DNA from: Deltaproteobacteria bacterium
GTDB lineage: Bacteria > Myxococcota_A > UBA9160 > JAFDET01
Assembly: GCA_019310195.1 (NCBI GenBank)
Contig: JAFDET010000002.1
Span: forward strand, 1-54,304
DNA length: 54,304 nucleotides
Reading direction: 5' to 3'
Position numbers and translations under genes: made by a program. Below are positions 8,004 through 16,680 of the stretch, one piece after another. The number at the start of each line of letters is the position of its first letter. The stretch's first letter is position 1. Under the pieces are notes generated by a model, which saw only the letters and a list, made by a program, of their open reading frames with translations, had not been told where the DNA came from and made no database searches.

Positions 8004-9625
8004 TGCCGGTCGTGGACTTCGCAAGGCGCCTCGGGCACAACGCCCTGCGCGCGGCCCGCCAGACGGCGGGGCGCCTGGCCCTGCCTCGTGGTGCGGGCTT
8101 CTGGGTCCGGGTGCGCCTGGCGCCGCCGCTGGACGAGCAGCGGCCGCCGGCTATGCCTTTCCAGCGCGAGGCGCCGCTCTCGCTGTTGGACGTGCTGGAG
8201 ATCCTGGAGGCGGCGGCCCAGGACCCGCAGGTGGACGGCGTGCTGCTCCGCTTGGACGGCGCGCCCCACGGCTGGGCCAAGGTGCTGTCGCTGCGGCGCG
8301 CGGTGGAGCGCGTGCGCGAGGCCGGCAAGCCCGTGGCGGCCTGGGGCGAGCGCCTGGGCGCCGAGGACCTGCTGCTGGGCAGCGCCGCCACCCGGCTGTG
8401 GCTGCCCCCGTCCGGCAGCGTGGCGCTGGTCGGATTGCGGGCCGAGTCGGTGTTCGTGCGCGGCCTCCTGGCGCGGCTGGGCGTCGAGGCGGACGTGGTG
8501 CGCGTGGGTGGCTACAAGGCCGCCGGCGAGATGCTCGTGCGCGACAGCCTTTCGCCGGAAGCGCGCGAGCAGACCGAAGCCCTGCTCGACGACCTGTACG
8601 GTGAGCTGGTGGACGGCATCGCGCGGGGGCGCGGTCTGGATCCCCAGGCCGTGCGCGAGCGGATCGACGCGGGGCCTTACACCGCGCCGGCCGCGGCGGA
8701 GGCGGGTCTCATCGACGGCTGCCTCTACCCGGACGAGCTGGAGGAGGCGCTGGAGCGGCTGGCCTCGCCGCCGCCGGAGGATCGCCCGGGGCCGCGCCGC
8801 GTACGGGTGGTCGACGCGCCCTTCTACGGAGCGCTGCGGGCCCGGGATGCGGGCTGGCGTCCGCTGGTGGGCGACTTGCCCAAGGTCGCGTACGTGGTGG
8901 CGACCGGCGCGATTCATCGCGGGCGCGGCTTCTCGGGCATCGGCAGCGACGGGCTGCGCGGACTGCTGGAGAAACTGGCCCGCGACCCGGCCGTGCGCGG
9001 CGTGGTGCTGCGCATCACCTCGCCGGGCGGCGACGGCCTGGCGTCGGACCTGCTGTGGCGCGCCGTGCGCGTGGCGCGCCGCGACAAGCCGGTGGTGGTC
9101 TCCATGGGGGACGTGGCAGCCTCGGGCGGCTACTACGTGGCCGCGGCTGCCGACGCGGTACTGGCCGAGGCGGGCACGCTGACTGGCTCGATCGGCGTCG
9201 TGGGCGGCAAGCTCCACGCCGAGGAGCTGCTCGAGCGGATCGGCGTCACCACCGAGGCGGTGGAGCGCGGCTCCCGGGCGGGGCTGCTGGCCGCCACCCG
9301 GGGCTTCACCCCGGACGAGCGCGCGCTGGTGCGGCGCGAGATGGAGGCGCTCTACACCACCTTTCTCGACCGGGTGGCCGAGGGCCGCGCCATGTCCCGG
9401 CGCAGCGTGGAGAAGCTGGCGGGCGGGCGGGTCTGGAGCGGACTGCGTGCGCGGGAGCTGGGCTTGATCGATGCTCTGGGCGGGCCGCTCGAGGCCCTGG
9501 CCGAGACCCGCCGACGGGCCGGGATCGGTGAGGACGAGCGAGTGCTGCTCGAGATCCATCCGCGGCGGCCGCGCTTCGGAGGGTTGCGCTGGCTCCTGGG
9601 GCTCGGGAGCGAGCGGGCGGGCTGA
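8003..9625 (+). CDS. sppA: signal peptide peptidase SppA (S49 family, duplicated domain)
   Basis: ATG overlaps the upstream TGA (TGATG). Second domain carries the nucleophile motif SMGDVAASGGYYVA. Confidence 0.85.
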   Translation: MPVVDFARRLGHNALRAARQTAGRLALPRGAGFWVRVRLAPPLDEQRPPAMPFQREAPLSLLDVLEILEAAAQDPQVDGVLLRLDGAPHGWAKVLSLRRAVERVREAGKPVAAWGERLGAEDLLLGSAATRLWLPPSGSVALVGLRAESVFVRGLLARLGVEADVVRVGGYKAAGEMLVRDSLSPEAREQTEALLDDLYGELVDGIARGRGLDPQAVRERIDAGPYTAPAAAEAGLIDGCLYPDELEEALERLASPPPEDRPGPRRVRVVDAPFYGALRARDAGWRPLVGDLPKVAYVVATGAIHRGRGFSGIGSDGLRGLLEKLARDPAVRGVVLRITSPGGDGLASDLLWRAVRVARRDKPVVVSMGDVAASGGYYVAAAADAVLAEAGTLTGSIGVVGGKLHAEELLERIGVTTEAVERGSRAGLLAATRGFTPDERALVRREMEALYTTFLDRVAEGRAMSRRSVEKLAGGRVWSGLRARELGLIDALGGPLEALAETRRRAGIGEDERVLLEIHPRRPRFGGLRWLLGLGSERAG

Positions 9626-9626
9626 G

Positions 9627-10271
9627 GTGGGGCGCCGGCTCAATCACGACATCCCGGGCTCGGACCGCCGCGTCACGGCCGAGCAGGTGGAGGAGAAGGG
9701 CTGGCCGGCCTTGTTCGGTCCCGCACTGGCGTCGGCCCCGCTGGTGGTGGAGATCGGCTTCGGGCGCGGCGAGTTCCTGGTGGACCTGGCGACCCAGGCG
9801 CCGGACGTGGCGCACCTGGGCGTCGAGTACTCGACCAAACGCGCCCTGAAGCTGGCCCGCCGCGTCGCGCGCCTCCCCTTGGAGAACCTGCGGCTGCTCC
9901 GCGCCCGCGGAGAGAGCGTGGTCGAAGACCTGCTCTGCGCGACCTCGGTGGCGACCTTCTGGATCAACTTTCCCGACCCCTGGCCCAAGAAGCGCCACCT
10001 CCGCCGACGGCTGATCCAGCCGCGGCTGGTGGCGCTGCTGGCGAATCGTCTGATCCCCGGCGGCAGCCTCCACGTGGCCACCGACCACGAGGGATACGCG
10101 GAGCAGATCGACGCCGTGTTGGCGGCGGAGCCGCAGCTCGACAATGTGTACGCCCCCGATCCGTGGCGGTCCCAGGTGTCCGAGCGGCTGCCGACGGCCT
10201 ATGAGCTGGAGTGGCGCGCCGAGGGACGCCCGCTCCACTTCTGGCACTACTGCCGGCGGGAGCAGCCGTGA
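9627..10271 (+). CDS. trmB: tRNA (guanine-N7)-methyltransferase
   Basis: VVEIGFGRGEFL, INFPDPWPKKRH, GGSLHVATDHEGY motifs. The GTG start 1 nt after the sppA stop is uncertain. Confidence 0.85.
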   Translation: MGRRLNHDIPGSDRRVTAEQVEEKGWPALFGPALASAPLVVEIGFGRGEFLVDLATQAPDVAHLGVEYSTKRALKLARRVARLPLENLRLLRARGESVVEDLLCATSVATFWINFPDPWPKKRHLRRRLIQPRLVALLANRLIPGGSLHVATDHEGYAEQIDAVLAAEPQLDNVYAPDPWRSQVSERLPTAYELEWRAEGRPLHFWHYCRREQP

Positions 10272-11362
10272 GCGACACCCGTCCCCAGCTGAAGGACCTG
10301 ACGCTGGACGCGCTGCGCGCGCACCTGGCCAAGTGCGGGGATGCGCCGTGGCGCGCCGACCAGATCGCGGCCTGGGTCTACACGCGGGGCGTCGAGGACC
10401 CCGCGGCGATGACCGATCTGTCCGCCGACCTGCGTGCGCGCCTGGCCGCTGACTGGCGTTGGCGGGCGCTGGAGGTGGAGGCGGTGGAGCGTTCCGCCGA
10501 CGGCACCCGCAAGGCCCGCCTGGCCGCCGCCGACGGCGAGATCGTGGAGGCGGTACTGATTCCGGAGGCGCGGCGCACGACCCTGTGCGTCTCCACCCAG
10601 GTGGGCTGCCCTCTGGCGTGCTCGTTCTGCGCCACCGGTGCGCTGGGCTTCCGGCGCAACCTGTCCACGGCCGAGATCATCGACCAGGTGATGCGCATGC
10701 GGGAGCTGCTTCCCGAGGATCGCCAGATCACCAACGTGGTGTTCATGGGAATGGGCGAGCCGCTTCTCAACCTGCCGCACGTGCTCTCCGCGGTGGAGCT
10801 GCTGCTGCACCCCAAGGCCTTCGCCTTCGCGCCGCGGCGCGTGACGGTCTCCACGGCGGGCGTCGTTCCCAAGATCGCGCCGCTGCTGGAGGCGGCGCCG
10901 GTCAACCTGGCCGTGTCGCTGCACGCCACCACGGATGCGGTACGCGACGTCCTCGTACCCCTGAACCGCCGCTTCCCCCTGGAGCTGCTCATGGAGACGT
11001 TGCGGGGCCTGCCCCGGCTGGGGCCGCGGCGGCCGATCTTTTTTGAGTACACGCTGATCCGGAATGTGAACGACGCCCCGGAGGATGCGCGCCGGTTGGT
11101 GCGGCTGCTGCGCGGGCTGCCCTCCAAGGTCAATGCCATCCCCATGAACCCGCACCCGGGGTCTCCCTACCGCCCGCCCGAGCCCGCGGTGGCGGAGCGC
11201 TTCCTCGCCGAGCTGGCTTCCCGCGGCGTTCGCGTCACCCTGCGCAGGCCACGCGGCTCGGACATCGCCGCCGCCTGCGGCCAGCTCGCGGCCCGGGCGT
11301 CTGGCAGCCGCTTCGTCAAGCCTCCGCTGCGCTCGGCCGAAAACCCCGCCGGGGGAGTCTAG
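10268..11362 (+). CDS. rlmN: 23S rRNA/tRNA (adenine-C2)-methyltransferase RlmN (radical SAM)
   Basis: GTGA overlap. Radical-SAM CPLACSFCATG, GMGEPLLN, and C-terminal AAACGQL. Confidence 0.9.
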   Translation: MSDTRPQLKDLTLDALRAHLAKCGDAPWRADQIAAWVYTRGVEDPAAMTDLSADLRARLAADWRWRALEVEAVERSADGTRKARLAAADGEIVEAVLIPEARRTTLCVSTQVGCPLACSFCATGALGFRRNLSTAEIIDQVMRMRELLPEDRQITNVVFMGMGEPLLNLPHVLSAVELLLHPKAFAFAPRRVTVSTAGVVPKIAPLLEAAPVNLAVSLHATTDAVRDVLVPLNRRFPLELLMETLRGLPRLGPRRPIFFEYTLIRNVNDAPEDARRLVRLLRGLPSKVNAIPMNPHPGSPYRPPEPAVAERFLAELASRGVRVTLRRPRGSDIAAACGQLAARASGSRFVKPPLRSAENPAGGV

Positions 11363-11366
11363 GCAG

Positions 11367-12038
11367 GTGCTGTACGTCGTCGGGGACATTCACGGCCAGC
11401 GGGCCAAGCTCGAGGACCTGCTCGAGCGCCTGCCCCTGGAGCCCGCGGACCGCCTGGTCTTCCTGGGGGACTACGTGGATCGCGGGCCCGAGTCGCGGGG
11501 GGTCGTGGACCGCCTGATCGAGTTCTCGGCCGAGCGCGAGTGCATCTTCCTGATCGGCAACCACGAGTCCATGTTCCTGGACTTCCTGGGCTGGAACGGG
11601 CCCGCCTACTTCGGCGGCGACGCCTTCCTGATGAACGGTGGCGACCGCACCCTGGCCAGCTACGGCTTCTTCGACGCCCCGGAGCAGGGCTTCGCGCTGC
11701 CCAAGGACCACGAGGACTTCTACCGGAACCTGCGGCTGCACTGCCGCATGGGCGACTACCTGTTCGTCCACGCGGGCCTCTCGGCGCGCTGGTGCGACGA
11801 GACCGACCTGAGTTACGTGCTGCGCCGCTCGCGCACCGAGGACTTCCTGTGGTCGCGCTCCATGGGCGACCTCCCGCACCGCCTGGGCGTGACCGTGATC
11901 TACGGCCACACGCCGAGCCCCGACTTCCAGGTGCGCTGGAACATCCCCTTCAGCATCGGCATCGACACCGGCGCCACCTACGGCGGCCCGCTCACCGCGA
12001 TCCGCCTGCCCGACGAGACGCTCTTTCAATCCAGCTGA
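11367..12038 (+). CDS. PPP-family Ser/Thr protein phosphatase (metallophosphoesterase)
   Basis: GDIHG, GDYVDRG, GNHE and VHAG motifs. Confidence 0.8.
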   Translation: MLYVVGDIHGQRAKLEDLLERLPLEPADRLVFLGDYVDRGPESRGVVDRLIEFSAERECIFLIGNHESMFLDFLGWNGPAYFGGDAFLMNGGDRTLASYGFFDAPEQGFALPKDHEDFYRNLRLHCRMGDYLFVHAGLSARWCDETDLSYVLRRSRTEDFLWSRSMGDLPHRLGVTVIYGHTPSPDFQVRWNIPFSIGIDTGATYGGPLTAIRLPDETLFQSS

Positions 12039-12042
12039 GTTT

Positions 12043-12066
12043 GCTCGCCTTCGGCTCGCTGCGCGC
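12043..12066 (+). repeat. REP-like GC-rich intergenic element, copy A
   Basis: GCTCGCCTTCGGCTCGCTGCGCGC matches 44059-44082 at 23 of 24 positions. It lies just 3' of a stop codon. Confidence 0.6.
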
Positions 12067-12187
12067 GCCGCTCGCTCTCCGGTGCCTGGCCCCACGCCGA
12101 GGGCGGTGCTTGCGGGCGGGGGGCGAGAGCCGTCGAGTCGGCTGAGCCGCCAGGGTCCGGGGACACACCCCGGCGTTTCCGACACCG

Positions 12188-12196
12188 TGATAGAAT
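12188..12196 (+). promoter_or_regulatory. extended -10 promoter candidate upstream of the kinase-cyclase gene
   Basis: TGaTAGAAT lies 28 nt upstream of the GTG at 12224. No clear -35 element. Confidence 0.3.
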
Positions 12197-12223
12197 GCGC
12201 CCTTCGTCGGGATCGGAGGCCTC

Positions 12224-15200
12224 GTGAACTGTCCCTCGTGCGATCGTCCGAATGCCGGGGATGCGGCCTTCTGCAACGGCTGTGGGAGTCGGTTGGCCCG
12301 GACCTGCGCGGGCTGCAGTCGGGAGAACCCGCCGGACGCGTCCTTCTGCGCCGGCTGCGGGCAGAAGCTCGCCGGGACCTCGGACGCGGCGCCCGCCGAG
12401 TCCGCGACGGCGCCGCCCGCTGCCGCGTCCGCGCCCACCAGCGCCTCGGGCCTCTCTTTCGCGAGAGGCCGCTACGTGGTGCAGCGCATGCTGGGCGAGG
12501 GCGGCAAGAAGCGCGTCTACCTGGCCCACGACGGCAGCCTGGGGCGCGACGTGGCGGTGTCGGTGCTCAAGACGGAGGGGCTCGACGAGTCGGGTCAGGT
12601 GCGGGTGCGCCACGAGGCCGAGGCCATGGGGCGCCTCGGGGATCACCCCAACGTGGTCACCGTCTTCGACATCGGCGACGAGGACGGAGCGGTCTTCCTG
12701 GTGAGCGAGTACATGGCCGGTGGCGACGTCGAGGGAATGCTCGCCGGCGCCGACGGGGGGCGCCTGGCCTTCCGCGACGCGATCCGCATCGGCGCCGAGA
12801 TCTGCCATGCACTGGAGCACGCACACCGCAACGACATCGTGCATCGCGACCTGAAGCCGGGAAACATCTGGCTGCGCCAGGACGGCAGCGCGGCGCTGGG
12901 GGACTTCGGACTGGCGCTCTTCGAGCAGCGCACACGCATCACCCAGGAGGGCATGATGGTGGGCACGGTGGCCTACATGCCGCCCGAGCAGGCGCTGGGC
13001 CGCAAGCCCGACGCGCGCAGCGACCTCTATGCCCTGGGCGCCACCCTCTACGAGATGGTGGCGGGCAGCCCGCCCTTCGCCGGCGACGACGCGGTGGCGA
13101 TCATCTCCCAGCACATCAACACCCCGCCGGTGGCGCCCTCCTGGCACAACGCCGACGTCCCCAAGCCGCTGGACGATCTGATCCTGTCGTTGCTGTCCAA
13201 GGATCCCGCCCAGCGCCCCGCCGACGCGGCGACGGCCCGCGGTGCGCTGGAAGCGATCCAGAACGTCTCCAGCGTGACGGCTGCGCCGGCCGCCGGCGAC
13301 GTCAACCCGCTGGACCGGCTCGCCAGCGGCGTCTTCGTGGGCCGTGAGCGCGAGGTGCAAGAGCTGCGCGCCGGCGCCGATGCCGCGCTCTCCGGCCAGG
13401 GGCGCATCCTGTTGCTGGTGGGCGAGCCGGGCATCGGGAAGACCCGCACCTCCGAGGAGCTGGCCACCTACGCCAGCCTGCGCGGCGCCCAGGTGCTCTG
13501 GGGGCGCTGCTACGAGGGCGAGGGCGCGCCCACCTACTGGCCCTGGGTGCAGCTCGTCCGCAGCTACGTGCGCGAGCGCGATCCGGCGGCGCTGCTCTCG
13601 GAAATGGGCGGCGGCGCGCCGGTCATCGCGGACGTGGTCTCCGAGGTGCGCGAGCGGCTGCCGGGACTCCAGCCCGCGGCGCCGCTGGCGGCCGACGAGG
13701 CGCGCTTCCGCCTCTTCGACAGCCTCACCAACTTCTTCAAGAACGCGGCTCGGGAGCAACCGCTGGTCCTGATCCTGGACGACCTGCACTGGGCCGACAA
13801 GCCGTCGCTCCTGCTGATGCAGTTCCTGGCGCGGGAGCTGGCGGGAACGCGCATCCTGCTGATCGGCACCTACCGCGATGTGGAGCTGGGCCGGCGTCAC
13901 CCCCTGGCCGAGACCCTGGCGGATCTGGCGCAGCTGCAGCTCTCCACCCGGGTGCTGCTGCGCGGCCTCGAGGAGGCCGACGTCTCGCGCTTCATCGAGC
14001 TCAGCGCCGGGAAGTCCGCGGCCGAGTCCCTGGTCTCGGCGGTCTACCGCGAGACCGAGGGCAACCCGTTCTTCGTGAACGAGGTGGTGCGCCTGCTGGC
14101 CTCCGAGGGACGCCTGGACGATCCCAAGACCTCCGGCACGTGGAGCGTGGAGATTCCCCAGGGCATCCGCGAGGCCGTCGGTCGGCGCCTCAACCAGCTC
14201 AGCGAGGAGTGCAACGATGCGCTCAGCGTGGCGTCGGTGATCGGCCGCGAGTTCGACCTCTCGCTGCTCGAGCCGCTGGCGGGCCTGGACGCAGACCGCC
14301 TGGGCGAGGTTCTGGACGAGGCGCTCGGCGCCCGGGTGATCCAGGAGATGCCCGAATCGCCGGGCCGCTACCGCTTCTCCCACGCGCTTGTGCGCGAGAC
14401 CCTCCAGGACGAGCTCAACACAACCCGCCGCGTGCGCCTGCACCGGAAGATCGGCGAGGTGCTGGAGTCGCTGCACGCCGATCGCGAGGGCTCGCAGCTG
14501 GCGGCGCTGGCGTATCACTTTGCCGAGGGTGCCCACGCGGGTGGCGACGTCGGCAAGGCAGTGGAGTACGCCACCCGGGCCGGACACCGCGCAACCCAGC
14601 TCATGGCCCACGAGGACGCCATCCCTCACTACGAGCGCGCCCTCCAGATGCTGGAGCTGCAAGGCGACGGCGATGACCAGCAGCACTGCGACCTGTTGAT
14701 CGCCCTGGGCTGGGCCCAGCACTACGCCGGCGACGTGGAGCAGGCGCTGGCCGTCCTGGAGCGCGCGATTCCCATCGCCCGCCGGCTGGGTGACACGCGC
14801 CGCTTCGCCCTGGTTGCGGCGAGCTTCGGCTTCGCCGAGTTCGCGCGAAACCTGGGTGAGCCGCACGCCGGCGCCGTGGTCCTGTTGGAGGAGGCCCGCG
14901 AAAAGCTGGGCGATGACGACTGCGTGCACCGTGTGCAGGTGCTGACTCAGCTCGGCAACCAGATGGCCCTGGGCGAGACCGCGGACCAGGGCTGCGCCTA
15001 CTACGAGGAGGCGCTGGACGTGGCGCGGCGCGTGGGCGACCCGAGTCATCTTCTGGAGGCGTGCTTCGCGATGATCTTCGCCCTCTGGCGCCCCGAGGAC
15101 CTGGAGCGTCGCGGCGCCGTCGCCGACGAGCTGCTCGCGCTTGCGGAGGCCTCGGGGGAGACCGACAAGACCATCCTGGCGCGAAACCAGCGCTTCAATC

Positions 15201-16642
15201 ACTTCTTCGTGATGGGAGACATGCAGGCCTGCCGGCGCGAGCAGGCGGCGGTGGAGGCGCTGGTGCCGCGCACCCAGAACGCGCGCGCCATCTACTGGTA
15301 CCACCTCCACAACTCCAGCCTGAAGCTCGTCGCGGGCGAACTGGACGAGGGCGAGCGGCTCGCGGGCTTCGCCCTGGCCTACGGCACGCGGGTCTGGGCC
15401 GACGTGGCGCTCCAGATGTACGGCGCCAGCATCGCTTTCATCCGCTTCTTCCAGGGCCGCCTGGAGGAGCTGGCTGCGGTGCTCGACGCGGGCATGCAGC
15501 AGCATCCGCAGCCCGTCTGGCGCGCAGCCGCCGCCTGGGCCCACGCCGAGCTGGGGCACGCCGAGATCGCCCGCGAGCAGCTCGACTTCTTCCTGGCCGA
15601 CGACTTCGCGGCCATGCCCCCCGATGGCAACTGGCCCGCCGGAATCAGCCTGCTGGCCCAGGCCGCCCATCGCCTGGGCGCGACGGATGCGGCCCAGCGT
15701 CTGTACGAGCTGCTGCTTCCGTACGCCGAGCTGCAGATCACGGCCGGCGCTGCCGCCTCCTCGCGCGGTCCCGGGCACTACGGCCTGGGCCTGCTCGCCC
15801 GGATCCTCGGCCGCGTGGACGACGCGGTTGGACACCTGGAGCGTGCCCTGGAGCTGAGCGCGGAGTGGGGCCTGCGCCCGTTCCAGATCGTGGGCAGCCT
15901 GGCGTTGGCAGAGATCCTCGTCGAGCGGCAGGGCGAAGGCGATCAGGACCGGGCCCTCCAGCTCCTGAACGACGCCATGGATGCCGCCCGGGACATGGGC
16001 TCTGCCCACTTCGTGGAGCGCGCGCTGGCCACGAAGCTGGAGGTGCAGGGCATCGATGCCTCCCAGACCCACCGCTCCATCTACTCGGTGGCGCACTCCG
16101 TCCAGTCCGGCCGTCCGGACTTCGGCAAGCACGCGGCGGCGGACGGCACCGTGACGCTCATGTTCAGCGACATGCAGGGCTTCACCTCCATGACCGAGCG
16201 GCTGGGCGACGAGGCCGCGCACCGGGTCATCCAGACCCACAACCGCATCCTGCGCGAGCAGGTGGCGGCCCACGAGGGGCGTGAGGTCGACTCCCAGGGC
16301 GACGGCTTCCTGCTGGCCTTCCCGTCGGCGCGCGACGGTGTGCGCGCCGCGGTGGCGATGCAGCGCGCCTTCGCCGCCTATCGCGAGCAGGGCTCCGTCG
16401 AGCCGATTCGCATCCGCATCGGCCTCCACACCGGCCAGGCGATCCGGGACGCCGACAAGTTCTTCGGACGCACGGTGATCCTGGCCTGTCGCATCGCCGA
16501 CCAGGCCCAGGCCGGAGAGATTCTGGTCTCCGAGGACGTGCAGGCTGCCGTCGGCGACGGCTTCCCCCTCGGCGACTCCCGCGAGCTGACCCTGAAGGGC
16601 TTCTCGGGGACGCACCGGGCTCACCCGATCGGATGGGCCTAG
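12224..16642 (+). CDS. multidomain signalling protein: double Zn-ribbon / Ser-Thr kinase / STAND-type AAA ATPase / TPR-like region / class III nucleotidyl cyclase
   Basis: GGAGG Shine-Dalgarno. CPSCDRP..CNGCG..CAGC..CAGCG ribbons. Kinase motifs HRDLKPGNIW and APE-like MPPEQ. P-loop LLLVGEPGIGKTR with LVLILDDLHWAD. C-terminal cyclase VTLMFSDMQGF...GDGFLLAF...IRIGLHTG...GRTVILACRIAD. Confidence 0.9.
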   Translation: MNCPSCDRPNAGDAAFCNGCGSRLARTCAGCSRENPPDASFCAGCGQKLAGTSDAAPAESATAPPAAASAPTSASGLSFARGRYVVQRMLGEGGKKRVYLAHDGSLGRDVAVSVLKTEGLDESGQVRVRHEAEAMGRLGDHPNVVTVFDIGDEDGAVFLVSEYMAGGDVEGMLAGADGGRLAFRDAIRIGAEICHALEHAHRNDIVHRDLKPGNIWLRQDGSAALGDFGLALFEQRTRITQEGMMVGTVAYMPPEQALGRKPDARSDLYALGATLYEMVAGSPPFAGDDAVAIISQHINTPPVAPSWHNADVPKPLDDLILSLLSKDPAQRPADAATARGALEAIQNVSSVTAAPAAGDVNPLDRLASGVFVGREREVQELRAGADAALSGQGRILLLVGEPGIGKTRTSEELATYASLRGAQVLWGRCYEGEGAPTYWPWVQLVRSYVRERDPAALLSEMGGGAPVIADVVSEVRERLPGLQPAAPLAADEARFRLFDSLTNFFKNAAREQPLVLILDDLHWADKPSLLLMQFLARELAGTRILLIGTYRDVELGRRHPLAETLADLAQLQLSTRVLLRGLEEADVSRFIELSAGKSAAESLVSAVYRETEGNPFFVNEVVRLLASEGRLDDPKTSGTWSVEIPQGIREAVGRRLNQLSEECNDALSVASVIGREFDLSLLEPLAGLDADRLGEVLDEALGARVIQEMPESPGRYRFSHALVRETLQDELNTTRRVRLHRKIGEVLESLHADREGSQLAALAYHFAEGAHAGGDVGKAVEYATRAGHRATQLMAHEDAIPHYERALQMLELQGDGDDQQHCDLLIALGWAQHYAGDVEQALAVLERAIPIARRLGDTRRFALVAASFGFAEFARNLGEPHAGAVVLLEEAREKLGDDDCVHRVQVLTQLGNQMALGETADQGCAYYEEALDVARRVGDPSHLLEACFAMIFALWRPEDLERRGAVADELLALAEASGETDKTILARNQRFNHFFVMGDMQACRREQAAVEALVPRTQNARAIYWYHLHNSSLKLVAGELDEGERLAGFALAYGTRVWADVALQMYGASIAFIRFFQGRLEELAAVLDAGMQQHPQPVWRAAAAWAHAELGHAEIAREQLDFFLADDFAAMPPDGNWPAGISLLAQAAHRLGATDAAQRLYELLLPYAELQITAGAAASSRGPGHYGLGLLARILGRVDDAVGHLERALELSAEWGLRPFQIVGSLALAEILVERQGEGDQDRALQLLNDAMDAARDMGSAHFVERALATKLEVQGIDASQTHRSIYSVAHSVQSGRPDFGKHAAADGTVTLMFSDMQGFTSMTERLGDEAAHRVIQTHNRILREQVAAHEGREVDSQGDGFLLAFPSARDGVRAAVAMQRAFAAYREQGSVEPIRIRIGLHTGQAIRDADKFFGRTVILACRIADQAQAGEILVSEDVQAAVGDGFPLGDSRELTLKGFSGTHRAHPIGWA

Positions 16643-16680
16643 CGCTCACTTCACCAGCGGCCGCGAACCTTCGCGCCGCC

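Noticed and set aside
12026-16624. 1532-aa ORF antisense to the kinase-cyclase gene. Similar very long alternative-frame or antisense ORFs occur elsewhere (e.g. 25401-28169, 21719-23551, 19221-21221, 46188-48374).
   Set aside because: These are shadow ORFs expected at about 70% GC. Their products are Arg/Ala/Gly/Pro-rich low-complexity strings without motifs. The opposite or alternate frame encodes clearly recognisable proteins.
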